Origin: Nitrososphaeria archaeon
GTDB lineage: Archaea; Thermoproteota; Nitrososphaeria; JACIWG01
Length of the DNA: 64,000 bases
Assembly (NCBI GenBank): GCA_050011875.1
Contig: JBEKIG010000002.1
Span: 132,385 to 196,384 of the forward strand
Direction of reading: 5' to 3'
Below, piece by piece: positions 1 through 10,191 of the stretch; position 1 is the first letter of the stretch; every line of letters starts with the position of its first letter. Below the pieces are notes generated by a model. The model was not told the DNA's origin and searched no databases. It saw only the letters and a list, made by a program, of their open reading frames with translations. The position numbers and the translations under genes are program-made.

Positions 1-1281
1 GGTTTTGTACCCATCGATGCTTTCGGCAAGGTGATTCGACCAGCTAAACTCTGGAATGATACAAGTACTTCTCAAGAATGTGAATATTTGGAGAAGATTT
101 TGGGTGGGAGAAGTTCTGTTGTGAAACTCATTGGCAACGCTATTCTGCCAGGTTATACTGCCCCTAAGATACTTTGGCTTAGACGACACGAGCCTGAAAA
201 CTACGCTAAGCTTGTAACTGTTTTACTACCTCACGACTACTTAAATTTCTATCTTACAGGTAACAAGATTATGGAATGTGGTGACGCGTCAGGTACTGCT
301 CTTTTGAATGTTAGAACTAGGACTTGGTCCAAGAAGATAATAGAGGCGATTGACCCAGATCTTGAGTTTAAGCTGCCAGTCATTCAGGAATCAGATAAAT
401 ATGTGGGCAAGGTTAAGTCAGATATAGCACCTTTGTTTGGATTCTCCGAAGATGTGCTCGTGAGCGCTGGGGGAGGAGATAACATGATGGGAGCAATTGG
501 AACAGGAAATACATACAAAGGTATTGTAACAGCAAGCCTCGGCACTTCCGGTACGATCTATGCATATTCAGATGCTCCTGCAATAGACGAGGAGGGTGAG
601 ATAGCTGCGTTCTGCGACTCCACCAATGCATGGCTTCCTCTCTCATGCACAATGAACGTAACTGTTGCGACAGAATTAGTTAGACAGGTTTTCAACATGT
701 CATATGATGATCTAACTAAAGTTACGCAACTTGCACCGGTAGGTTCCGGAGGACTAATCCTACTACCCTACTTTGAAGGGGAGAGAACTCCAAATATACC
801 AGATGGTACGGGTGTACTTTATGGATTAAACAGCAGAACTTTCAATGCACCGCACATATGTAGGGCAGCAATGGAGGGGGTCACATTAGGTATGAATTAC
901 GGACTGAATAAAATGAAAAAGCTTGGCATTGAGCCTACACAGATAAGGCTGACAGGTGGAGGGTCCAGAAATAAGGCTTGGCGACAGATAGCAGCCGATG
1001 TATTCAACAGCGATGTAGTCTGCCTAGAAAATGAAGAAGGCGCTGCCTACGGTGCAGCCTTGCAGGCTATATGGTCATTCTTGAATTATCTCGGAGAAAA
1101 GACATCTATACAAGATATAACAGATCAACATGTCAGATTAGATCATGAAACTTTGACATCACCTAATCAGTCTAACGTAGAAGCGTACAATCAGCTACAA
1201 AGGATCCAAGATGAAATCAGTAGGGGTTTGAGAAACTCGTTTAAAATCCATCGTGAATTCCTCAACAAAAATGTCAGTTAA
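1..1281 (+). CDS. xylB: Xylulokinase / FGGY sugar kinase, 5'-truncated by the window edge
   Basis: Frame open from base 1 (GFVPIDAFGKVIRPAKLWND); motifs LLPHDYLNF, GDASGT, GGGDNMMGAIGTG, SLGTSGT, LPYFEGERTP, TGGGS. Confidence 0.85.
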   Translation, partial: GFVPIDAFGKVIRPAKLWNDTSTSQECEYLEKILGGRSSVVKLIGNAILPGYTAPKILWLRRHEPENYAKLVTVLLPHDYLNFYLTGNKIMECGDASGTALLNVRTRTWSKKIIEAIDPDLEFKLPVIQESDKYVGKVKSDIAPLFGFSEDVLVSAGGGDNMMGAIGTGNTYKGIVTASLGTSGTIYAYSDAPAIDEEGEIAAFCDSTNAWLPLSCTMNVTVATELVRQVFNMSYDDLTKVTQLAPVGSGGLILLPYFEGERTPNIPDGTGVLYGLNSRTFNAPHICRAAMEGVTLGMNYGLNKMKKLGIEPTQIRLTGGGSRNKAWRQIAADVFNSDVVCLENEEGAAYGAALQAIWSFLNYLGEKTSIQDITDQHVRLDHETLTSPNQSNVEAYNQLQRIQDEISRGLRNSFKIHREFLNKNVS

Positions 1282-1288
1282 TAACATC

Positions 1289-1558
1289 ACCGAAGTTTAT
1301 AGAAGATATACCTTTGAAGATCTAGGAAAGTTCTATCAGCAAGGAGAACACACTTTAACGATCTTTGGCTCTGGAGAAGACGTTAACAAGCTAAGAGAGG
1401 AAATAAGTGAAAAGAATAAGGAACTTCAAACACTAGTCAATTCTCTAGCTACTGAAAATATTGATCTAAGAAAGAGAGTTGAAACAATAGAAAAGGAGAT
1501 TTCAGAGATAGAAAAGATCGTTAAAGAAATCAAACAGAAAAGGCTAGAGATCAACTAA
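1289..1558 (+). pseudogene. Probable C-terminal remnant of a tyrosine recombinase/integrase with coiled-coil tail
   Basis: Begins just after the xylB stop with TEVYRRYTFEDLGKFYQQGEHTL then a heptad tail; resembles the segment after the MGH motif in archaeal integrases (recognised from memory); no N-terminal catalytic region. Confidence 0.5.
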
Positions 1559-1796
1559 CTTAAAAAATATCGCACGCGTTATAATATCTCAAAAAAAGAT
1601 AGAAGTATATATATGAAAGTATAAGGAATAGCATTAATGCGAAAAGAATTTAGATATAAAAAAGATGTTAAAAAACAGAAGAGATATATAAAAAATAAAA
1701 AAAAGTAAATTTTTAACAAAAAAGGAGATTTCTAAGGTTTCAGAAATAAAGAAGATAGTTAAAGAACTTCAACAGAAAAGGCTAGGGATAAACTAG
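1500..1796 (+). repeat. Diverged direct repeat of about 59 bp (1500-1558 and 1738-1796)
   Basis: Copies encode ISEIEKIVKEIKQKRLEIN* and VSEIKKIVKELQQKRLGIN*; separated by an A-rich tract. Confidence 0.8.
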
Positions 1797-2284
1797 CCAC
1801 TATCATATTTTTAGATCTAACTTACTGTTTTATGATAACGTAAAATGTTATTCTATTATCTCTAGTACTTTTTTTGTTATTTGGAAAGGTTTTAATGACA
1901 ATTTTACTATGCATCAAATGTATTATAATGTCTGAAAAGATTTTTCCAGATATTTCAGGTTGGAATTATATTCCTAGTAGCGACACGGATGAAAGAACAA
2001 GGATGTGGACGGATGAGAACTTAAAGAAAGAGTTAATTTCTAAAAGAATCAAATTGCTTAATAATCAAAAAAATAACAGTTAACTATTCCTTTGTAACAT
2101 CTAAAGCTCTGGAAGACATACACTCAAAGTTTTAAACCCTTCTTGCTTAGCATAATTGAAAATCTAAAGAGCGGAATGTGAGCATCTCGTTGATTCCCTT
2201 GTCTCATGAAAAGGGCACGTAAATATGTCTAGAAGAAGATGTAAGATGAAAAGCTATATAACTTCTACTTTTGAAGAATGCATT

Positions 2285-3277
2285 ATGCGATTTATTGTGT
2301 ATGGTGCTGGTGCCATAGGAAGTGTGATAGGTGGGCATCTGTTTAGAACTGGACATGATGTTGCTCTGGTTGCTAATCCTAAACATGTAGACAAAATTAG
2401 AGAATCAGGGCTTAAACTGGTCACACCTAATGAAACGTATGTTTTAAGGATTCCTGCTTATAAAGAGGCGAAAGATCTCGCTCCTTTTAGTGAAGATGAT
2501 TTAGTATTATTGACGGCTAAGTCACAGCACACCCTCAGATGTTTAGGTCAACTGAAGAACGCTGGTGGTATGAGGACTATTCCGATATTTTGTTGCCAGA
2601 ATTCAATTTGGAATGAACCTTTAGCAACGAGGATTTTTGATAGAGTATATGGGGTATTGCTTGTTGTACCAGGCATCTTTCTAGAACCAGGTGTAGTGAT
2701 TAACTCCATTACTGGAAACGCTGGTTTAATCGAGTTAGGGCTGTACCCACGTGGTTCAGATCAACTTGCACAAACTGTTTCGATTGCCTTAAGAGAAGCG
2801 AGCTTTGCCTGCAACGTTAACGATTGGGTTATGAAGGCGAAGGCAGCGAAATGCCTTCTTAACCTCGCCAACGCGATGGAAGCTATTACTGATGGAAGAG
2901 GAGACGTTGAGAAATTCATGGCTGAAGCTAGAAAGGAGGCGATGGTAGTCTGGAGTGCTTCAGGTATTGAATGGGAGAATATGGAAAGCTTTTGGAAGAG
3001 AACACACGAAAGTCATGGTATAAATAAGATGCCAAAGGAGTACGAAGGCATACGAAATCTTGGCTCTTCGTGGCAGAGCCTAATTCGAGCGACAGGGAAT
3101 ATAGAGGCTGAACAACTCAATGGTGACGCTGTCAAGCTTGGAAGACTTTTGGGTATTCCAACCCCATATAATGAGGTTCTATGGAAGGTAGCCGAAGAGA
3201 TGGCAGAGAAAAAGGAAAAGCCAGGGAAATACAGTGCAGAAGAGCTAATGGAAATGGCCAAGAAAATATCTTTCTAG
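2285..3277 (+). CDS. Ketopantoate reductase (PanE/ApbA) family protein
   Basis: MRFIVYGAGAIG Rossmann motif, LTAKSQ, CQN, C-terminal SSWQS...IEAEQLNG...IPTPYN; start moved to Met at 2285. Confidence 0.8.
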   Translation: MRFIVYGAGAIGSVIGGHLFRTGHDVALVANPKHVDKIRESGLKLVTPNETYVLRIPAYKEAKDLAPFSEDDLVLLTAKSQHTLRCLGQLKNAGGMRTIPIFCCQNSIWNEPLATRIFDRVYGVLLVVPGIFLEPGVVINSITGNAGLIELGLYPRGSDQLAQTVSIALREASFACNVNDWVMKAKAAKCLLNLANAMEAITDGRGDVEKFMAEARKEAMVVWSASGIEWENMESFWKRTHESHGINKMPKEYEGIRNLGSSWQSLIRATGNIEAEQLNGDAVKLGRLLGIPTPYNEVLWKVAEEMAEKKEKPGKYSAEELMEMAKKISF

Positions 3278-3498
3278 TCTTGTAAATCTCAAAAGATTCA
3301 TTGATTATAATATTATAATATATTAATCACTCAATAATGACCCATATAATAATTATGCCTAAAAATGGCTATAAAACGCGACTGATGATGCATCTAAAAC
3401 TGTGAAATTGGAGTAACCTCTAGAAGAAAATTTTAGTAAAATATAAACAATAAAGGCATTTATATATCATAAATGATGACAATCATAAGTAGATAGTT

Positions 3499-3930
3499 AT
3501 GAGTAAGTCCCTCGAATTAATTGTTGGAAAAGATGGGAAAGTGATTGTTTCACAAGATATTTTGGCTATGCTTGGAATAAAAGAAGGGGATAAACTTGAA
3601 TTGAGGATCGAAGGTAGCGTGATTTCTATACATAAGATGATTGAAAACAATGAGACGCCACCTCCTCTCCATCTGCTCTATAGACCAGAAATAACTATAG
3701 ATCTCATCAATGGCGAGGAATTGAAAAGAGATCTTAATCTAGAAGCACGTTTAATGACGATACCCTTTTTTGCAATGCTCGCAAAAAGAGGATTCTTTAT
3801 CATGAGTGAAAAAAATCGCGCTATCGCTTTCAAAGTAAGGACTGTTGACGACGCGATAGACTTATTTCTAGCCAACGGTAAAATCTCCGAAGAGGATTTG
3901 CTAAAAGCTGGAATAAAATGGCCTAAGTAA
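3499..3930 (+). CDS. AbrB/MazE/SpoVT-type DNA-binding domain protein with extra C-terminal domain
   Basis: N-terminal VGKDGKVIVSQDILAMLGIKEGDKLELRIEG matches the AbrB-fold consensus. Confidence 0.7.
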   Translation: MSKSLELIVGKDGKVIVSQDILAMLGIKEGDKLELRIEGSVISIHKMIENNETPPPLHLLYRPEITIDLINGEELKRDLNLEARLMTIPFFAMLAKRGFFIMSEKNRAIAFKVRTVDDAIDLFLANGKISEEDLLKAGIKWPK

Positions 3931-4328
3931 AAAAATTATTCAAACATTATTGCTTACCTGAAAATTTAACGCCTTAAAGATTATCAGTATGTCATTTAAA
4001 TTTGGAAAAAACGAAGAGAGGAGCTTAATCCTGATGTCATTCTGGAGGTTTGGTTTTAGGTTCCTTTTATGATGACATCATCTATTCTTAGAGGCATTAT
4101 AGATACTTCTGTCGACTGCGAGAAATTTTCCTCACTATACACGCTGACAGATTTGAGGCGTGGAAGTTACACGCGCTGCGATATCTGTTACAGAAAATGA
4201 TTACGTTTTATGAGAGGTTGTCGATATAAACGTTGGTAGATACTTCGATCTATCTTAGAAATCTGTAGTGACCCATATCTTCTTTTCGAATAATCCTTAT
4301 AGCATACTAGAGAAGATAAGATAAGAAC

Positions 4329-5729
4329 ATGTGTTCTCTAAAAGAAAGGGCTAACTCTGACACACTACATCCAATATATCATTTTACTGCTCCTGCTGGT
4401 TGGTTGAATGACCCTAATGGACTTATACTCTGGAGAGGTGAACACCATATCTTCTATCAGTATAATCCTCAAGGAGCTTTCGTTGGCACAAGATACTGGG
4501 GTCATGCTAAAAGCAATGATTTGGTGCACTGGGAGCATCTACCAATCGCTTTATCTCCCGGAAAAGGAACTTATGATAATGATGGTTGTTGGAGTGGATG
4601 TGCGGTCGACAATAATAGCGTCCCAACTATCATATATACTGGAATCATGCCTGAAGTGCAGTGTATAGCGTTTGGCGATCAAGAATTAGTCTCTTGGGAG
4701 AAATATTTCAACAACCCTGTTATTAAATCACCACCAAATGACTACACAGTTACAGGTTTCAGGGATCCCTGTGTGTGGAAAGAAGATGATACTTGGTATA
4801 TGATCCTTGGATCAGGTATTAAGGGCATAGGAGGAGCTGTTTTACTGTATGAATCTAAGGATATTCTTAGATGGCGGTATATGCACCCTCTTTTTATTGG
4901 AGAAAAAGAGAAGACTGGTGAAGTCTGGGAATGTCCTGACTTGTTTCCTCTCGGAAACAAGTATATACTACTCATTTCAACCCTACGAAGAAATCTTTAC
5001 TTTGTTGGCAATTATATTGGCCACAAGTTCTATCCAGAGAAACAGGGAATGCTGGACATGGGCAACCTGTACATGGCAGCAAGGAGCATGTTAGATTCGT
5101 CTGGACGTCGAATAGTTTTTGGATGGATACGCGAGGCACGAAGTAGTCCAATGCAAATAGCTTCAGGTTGGTCTGGTGCATTCTCGTTGCCTAGGACCAT
5201 ATCTATTGATAAACGTGAAAATCTAATTATGAAACCCATACCTGAACTCAAAGGTCTTCGAAGCGAACCTAAGAGATATGAAAATATTCAAATCAAAACT
5301 GATACCCCAATGCAATTAGAAGATGTTAGAGGAGATTCACTAGAAATTGTAGCAGATTTTTGTCCCGTGCAAGCCGAAGAATTAGGGATTAAGATAAGAT
5401 GTTCTCCAAACTTAGAAGAGCAGACTCTCATAACTTATAAACAAAAAAAGAATATGTTAGAAATAAATAATTCAAATTCAAGCTTGAGCCTCGAGGCTGA
5501 TCGTGGAACTCAGGGTGGGATATTGGGACTTGGGAAGAATAAAAGATTAAAATTGCATGTCTTCTTAGATAAATCGATAGTAGAAGTGTTTGCTAATGAC
5601 CAAATTTGTCTAACAAATCGTATTTACCCTACACGAGGTGATAGTATTAAAGTCTCTATTTTTACAAAGAAAGGTATTGCGAAGCTCTTGAGCCTTGACT
5701 CTTGGGAAATTAAATCAATTTGGCTATAA
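4329..5729 (+). CDS. Glycoside hydrolase family 32 (beta-fructofuranosidase/levanase-like)
   Basis: Catalytic motifs WLNDPNG, WSGCA, FRDP, WECPD; C-terminal beta-sandwich DKSIVEVF. Confidence 0.93.
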   Translation: MCSLKERANSDTLHPIYHFTAPAGWLNDPNGLILWRGEHHIFYQYNPQGAFVGTRYWGHAKSNDLVHWEHLPIALSPGKGTYDNDGCWSGCAVDNNSVPTIIYTGIMPEVQCIAFGDQELVSWEKYFNNPVIKSPPNDYTVTGFRDPCVWKEDDTWYMILGSGIKGIGGAVLLYESKDILRWRYMHPLFIGEKEKTGEVWECPDLFPLGNKYILLISTLRRNLYFVGNYIGHKFYPEKQGMLDMGNLYMAARSMLDSSGRRIVFGWIREARSSPMQIASGWSGAFSLPRTISIDKRENLIMKPIPELKGLRSEPKRYENIQIKTDTPMQLEDVRGDSLEIVADFCPVQAEELGIKIRCSPNLEEQTLITYKQKKNMLEINNSNSSLSLEADRGTQGGILGLGKNKRLKLHVFLDKSIVEVFANDQICLTNRIYPTRGDSIKVSIFTKKGIAKLLSLDSWEIKSIWL

Positions 5730-5893
5730 TTTTGCTGTCCCAAACGCTGCCGTATCTTTTTCCATTGCTACAATCTTCGTAATAGCATTGGTCTTTTATA
5801 AGCGTATTGAGATGAAGATACCTAAAAATGAATCCTTTTGAGAAGATTCAATACTTATATATTTTCAATTATCGAGTTTAAAGATGAACCTCG

Positions 5894-7111
5894 ATGAAAG
5901 TAAGTCAAGGTAACGGTGGAAACAAAATTTTTCTCATATTCTGCGCTATTGGAGCGTTCGCAATCCTAAGCTCGACGATGTCAAAGGACCCTGTCCTTAA
6001 TCTTTTCTCTAAAAGTCTTGGAACTCCTGATGCCTTGACTGGTTTTGTTGCAGCAGCTTCCACTATACCCGGAATATTGGTGAGTTTGCCTGCAGGCTCC
6101 CTTTCAGACATTCTGGGTAGGAGAAAGTTACTCCTCATTTCAAGCTTTGTGTTCGCATCAGCACCCTTTCTCTATCTTTTGATAGGTACTTGGTGGCAAC
6201 TTGTGCTTGTCCGATTCTACCATGGTTTCGCTACAGCGATTTTTGTGCCTGTAGCAAATGCTACAATAGCAGAACTTTTTCCACAAAAAAAGGGGGAACG
6301 CATTTCAGCCTTTTCCTCAGCCACTTTAGTTGGTCGAAGCATAGCGCCGTTTCTCGGCGGATACATCTTAGTAGTCACGAACAACAACTTCAACACGCTC
6401 TACCTTGCCGTAGGAGTCGCAGGATTTACAGCTTTGATAGTCACAATACCATTCCTTTTCAGGCAGGGGGTATCTTCGGATAAAAAGTATTCAAAAGGTA
6501 CGACTTCAATTATGTTTAAAGACTGGAAATCGATTGCAAGAAACCGTAGCGTTCAAATTGTGAGCTTTATCGAGGCAACGCAATATTATGCTTATGGCGC
6601 CATTGAGTATTTTCTTGTTGGATACTTAAATAATGTTGGAATGAACTCTTTTTCAATAGGAATTATAACCGGCGGTTACCTTCTTATAGTTCTTATCTTT
6701 ACACCTATAGTCGGTCGATTCTCAGATAGAGTTGGAAGAGGAATTCCTATCATCTACGGAACAATTATAGGTGGTCTTCCACTCTTAGCTATTCCATTCT
6801 TGAAAAACTTTACGCTCTTACTTTTTCTTGCACTAGTTTACGGTTTCGGGTTCTCGATGGTTACTTCAACAATACCTGCTTTAGGTAGTGAGCTTGTAGC
6901 AAAGACACAAATAGGCACCTCAATGGGTTTTATAAGTACGATAATGGACGTCGGCCAAACGTTAGGCCCTATAATATGTGGTTTTATACTCAGTGCAGGG
7001 TTAGGTTACATCGGACTTTTTGCATCATTAACAGTTCTTTTGCTGCTTTCATGCGTGATATTTTCACTTTCAGGAATGGCTAGATCGAAAAACACCTCCG
7101 ATAACCTGTAG
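5894..7111 (+). CDS. MFS transporter
   Basis: About 12 hydrophobic segments; motif A twice (GSLSDILGRR, GRFSDRVGR). Confidence 0.9.
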   Translation: MKVSQGNGGNKIFLIFCAIGAFAILSSTMSKDPVLNLFSKSLGTPDALTGFVAAASTIPGILVSLPAGSLSDILGRRKLLLISSFVFASAPFLYLLIGTWWQLVLVRFYHGFATAIFVPVANATIAELFPQKKGERISAFSSATLVGRSIAPFLGGYILVVTNNNFNTLYLAVGVAGFTALIVTIPFLFRQGVSSDKKYSKGTTSIMFKDWKSIARNRSVQIVSFIEATQYYAYGAIEYFLVGYLNNVGMNSFSIGIITGGYLLIVLIFTPIVGRFSDRVGRGIPIIYGTIIGGLPLLAIPFLKNFTLLLFLALVYGFGFSMVTSTIPALGSELVAKTQIGTSMGFISTIMDVGQTLGPIICGFILSAGLGYIGLFASLTVLLLLSCVIFSLSGMARSKNTSDNL

Positions 7112-7984
7112 ATTTTTCCAAGCCTCTTCTGCAAGAAATAAATGGGAGAAAATGGTTAAACGCTTTGTGCATTCGATTCATCTAAAAACTGTTGATTTCA
7201 AATAAAATTGAATAGTTAACTATTATAATTAAAACTATCAGGATTTAGTGTTCTAAAACGCATGAAATGATATTTTAGCAATTGGAACAAAAAACGTGAT
7301 GAAAGCAAGTAAAAAAGAAAAAATAAAGAGTGTGATAAGTCTTTTTGGGAACATGTTAAGTTTTATTCTTAATTTTTTCATATCCAGTTTTAATCTTTAC
7401 GCAATACCTTTTTCCTTTTCAACATTTTTTAATATCTCGAGCAATGTTGTTTGGCAAGTTCATGTTTCAAGTTTCTTTACAGGATTACTTCCTTCATTAT
7501 TTCTTCTCCTTAAAATTGAGCCATTTACAAACAGAAACGCTTTACTTTTTTCTTCATAGGATATTTCTTCATTTATTATCAAAAAAATAGGGGTTAGAGA
7601 ATATAGTGTTTCTTTCGTTTTTTCTCTTCTATTTTGGGCGTTAAACCCATTTCTTCTTCAATTACGTCTATGTCTTTCCATGGCATGTTAAATCGCTGTG
7701 TCCACACTACCCAGAGGACTGCTATTTACATGTTTTTTTTTACATTTATTAATTAATTAATAAAAAAATTTGCACAATATAACAGATATAGAACGAGCAG
7801 TAATAAACAAAGATTAGCAGACGAATACCATGATAAATATCAGTTACATATATATAACCTTGGTGAAGAATATAATATGAGTGTTCATTATGTGGATTTG
7901 CTTCTAAATCTATATGCGAACCAAGTCGATGATTTTTTCATAAAAGAGATGAATAAGACAATAATAAAAGTGATAGTGAACTAA

Positions 7985-8692
7985 TTGTTTATGGCAATTG
8001 TGCAGGATAATGTAAATAAGCTGGTTCTTTTTGACATTGATAACACACTACTGAATGGATCGGAATGCCACAAGCTAGCATTCAATGAAGGTATTAAAGT
8101 CGCATACGGGGTTGAAACTTCAATAGATACTATTGATTATTTAGGAATGACAGATATGGAAATTATTTACGAAGTACTCAAAATCCATGGATTTGCTGAA
8201 CAGACAGTTGTTTCGAAACTGCAAGAATGTATCGGCATCATGGCGGACACATTTAATAAATGTGCTTTTAATTATCAGATCAAAGTTTTAGATGGGGTTA
8301 AAGAATTGCTGGATAAACTAATAACAAGTCGGGTAATAATAGGTCTTGTTACAGGAAACATCGAGCCCATTGCTTGGAGGAAATTACAGATTACAGGACT
8401 TGACAGCTATTTTAGTCTAGGAGGCTTTGGAAGTGACGACGTAAAGAGATCAAATCTGATAAGGTTAGCGATCAGAAGGGCAGCTGATAAATTTGATTTC
8501 AAGTTTAACGATAACGTCTATGTCTTTGGCGACACTCCTAGAGATATAAGAGCCGGGAAAGAGGCCCGCGTTAAAACCGTGGGAGTAGCAACGGGCCGCT
8601 TTACGAAAGATCAGCTGAAGGAAAATGGTGCAGACGCTGTCTTTCCCGACCTCAGTGACACATCCAGCGTGCTAAAGGTAATTTTAGAATAG
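7985..8692 (+). CDS. HAD-superfamily hydrolase (phosphoglycolate phosphatase-like)
   Basis: LFDIDNTL motif I, VTGN motif II, GDTPRDI motif IV. Confidence 0.88.
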   Translation: MFMAIVQDNVNKLVLFDIDNTLLNGSECHKLAFNEGIKVAYGVETSIDTIDYLGMTDMEIIYEVLKIHGFAEQTVVSKLQECIGIMADTFNKCAFNYQIKVLDGVKELLDKLITSRVIIGLVTGNIEPIAWRKLQITGLDSYFSLGGFGSDDVKRSNLIRLAIRRAADKFDFKFNDNVYVFGDTPRDIRAGKEARVKTVGVATGRFTKDQLKENGADAVFPDLSDTSSVLKVILE

Positions 8693-8711
8693 AAAAAAAC
8701 GATGATGACGT

Positions 8712-9407
8712 TTGCGACAAGACGGGTACCTTGACATCAAAGAAGAAAATATTAAGATAGAATACAACGTGAAGATTTCACGCTCAAGGTACATCTATCT
8801 AAGGTTTAAACCAGACCTAAAGCTAGAAGTTGTTGTACCCTACTACTCTCCAAAGAATGCTGAGGCTATCGTAAAAGAGAAAAGCTCTTGGATTCGAAAG
8901 AAGTATAAGGAACTACTTCAAAGAAAGAAGATTTTTGACGGTAAAATGTTGCTGGTCGACGGCGAATATTATACGGTCACACACAATTTCTCTGATAGGA
9001 AAGAAATTACGTTAACGAATAATCTACTTATCGTGGAAACAAACGAACAGAATATAATACCAATAATCAAATCTTGGATGAGGATGAGGACAGAAGCTTA
9101 CCTTAAAGCGAATCTGCCCCTTTTCGCAGAAAAACTAGGAGTGAAATTCACATGTTTTAAAGTGAGAGACGTATGTAGATGGGGGTATTGTAATAAAAGG
9201 CGTGAACTCTTTTTCAGTCTACAGCTGTCTTCGCTATCAAACGAGCTTAAGGATTATATTCTGTTACATGAGCTTCTGCATTTGATAGAATTTAACCATT
9301 CAAAAAAATTCCATAAACTGATAGAAAAATACTGTCCAGATCGTAAAAGGTTGGAGAAGTCTCTCAATCAGGTTACAACCATCAGAAGAGGGAAAAATTG
9401 CATATAA
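8712..9407 (+). CDS. YgjP/DUF45 (SprT-like) zinc metalloprotease family protein
   Basis: RWGYC and YILLHELLHLIEFNHSKKF (HExxH) motifs. Confidence 0.85.
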   Translation: MRQDGYLDIKEENIKIEYNVKISRSRYIYLRFKPDLKLEVVVPYYSPKNAEAIVKEKSSWIRKKYKELLQRKKIFDGKMLLVDGEYYTVTHNFSDRKEITLTNNLLIVETNEQNIIPIIKSWMRMRTEAYLKANLPLFAEKLGVKFTCFKVRDVCRWGYCNKRRELFFSLQLSSLSNELKDYILLHELLHLIEFNHSKKFHKLIEKYCPDRKRLEKSLNQVTTIRRGKNCI

Positions 9408-9437
9408 TTAACTTCAAGTCAGTATTGAAGTCCTTTG

Positions 9438-9692
9438 TTATCCTTTCCTTTGCCTAAACATAATATAGCTGATGGCTATCATCAATATCATTATCGTCAA
9501 ACCAATCAATATTAATAGATCTCCATGTTCTCCTGACCCGAACACTATTGGAAACGGGCCAATGAAAATGATAATTCCAGTAGAGACGCTTCCCGATCCT
9601 CCAATGAGAGAACTGAAAAATATTATTAAGGTTCCAATAAAAGCGAAAGTAACACCAAGAAGAATTAGGCTGGTTGGATTAAGCCTGATCAA
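9438..9692 (-). CDS. DUF131/TIGR00304 family small membrane protein (copy 2)
   Basis: GIIIFIGPFPIVFGS motif; TTG start after GAGGTGA SD overlapping the upstream stop. Confidence 0.75.
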   Translation of the reverse strand: MIRLNPTSLILLGVTFAFIGTLIIFFSSLIGGSGSVSTGIIIFIGPFPIVFGSGEHGDLLILIGLTIMILMIAISYIMFRQRKG

Positions 9693-9697
9693 ATGAT

Positions 9698-9934
9698 TCA
9701 CCTCAAAAAGAAAGATAGTGAAAGCAACATCAACACTATAGCAAGGATTAGTGCGACAACAGCCCATTTTGAACTAGTTCCGAAAACTATCGGAATAGGG
9801 CCAATGAGCACAACACCTCCTCCTTCAACTTTGGCATTTTCTTTTTTAAGGCCGCATGTTGAGGCAAGTATCACTCCTAAGAAAACGAGTGCAACACCGA
9901 ATATAAGTAGCACAAATCCGATTTCTAATAGCAT
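9698..9934 (-). CDS. DUF131/TIGR00304 family small membrane protein (copy 1)
   Basis: EGGGVVLIGPIPIVFGT signature; GGAGGA SD before ATG 9934. Confidence 0.8.
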   Translation of the reverse strand: MLLEIGFVLLIFGVALVFLGVILASTCGLKKENAKVEGGGVVLIGPIPIVFGTSSKWAVVALILAIVLMLLSLSFFLR

Positions 9935-10191
9935 TTCATTTTCCTCCAATAGATGTAACACTTTATTAGTCTTACCATTTAATTCCTTCCATTATCCATC
10001 TTATCAGTATTTAATTCACATAGTTGAATGCTATATCTTACTATCAAAACGATGATAATTTTAGCTCGACGAGAAAGTTCAAAATTTTGTAAGAAAATCT
10101 ACTACTGCTATGTTAAAAGGACGTCGTCAGCAGCATGGTTTCGTAAAGTTTAATTAGTAAAATGTAAACCTAAACCTTAGGTCTAAACGTT

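Noticed and set aside
1874-2083. 69-aa ORF
   Set aside because: AT-rich context, weak start and no motif; cannot be supported as a gene
4093-4200. VapC/PIN toxin relic after the AbrB gene (GIIDTSV)
   Set aside because: Only a 5-residue resemblance, with no further PIN acidic motifs
7296-7559. 87-aa hydrophobic ORF on the plus strand
   Set aside because: F/L/S-rich translation of T-rich DNA; the opposite strand looks more protein-like
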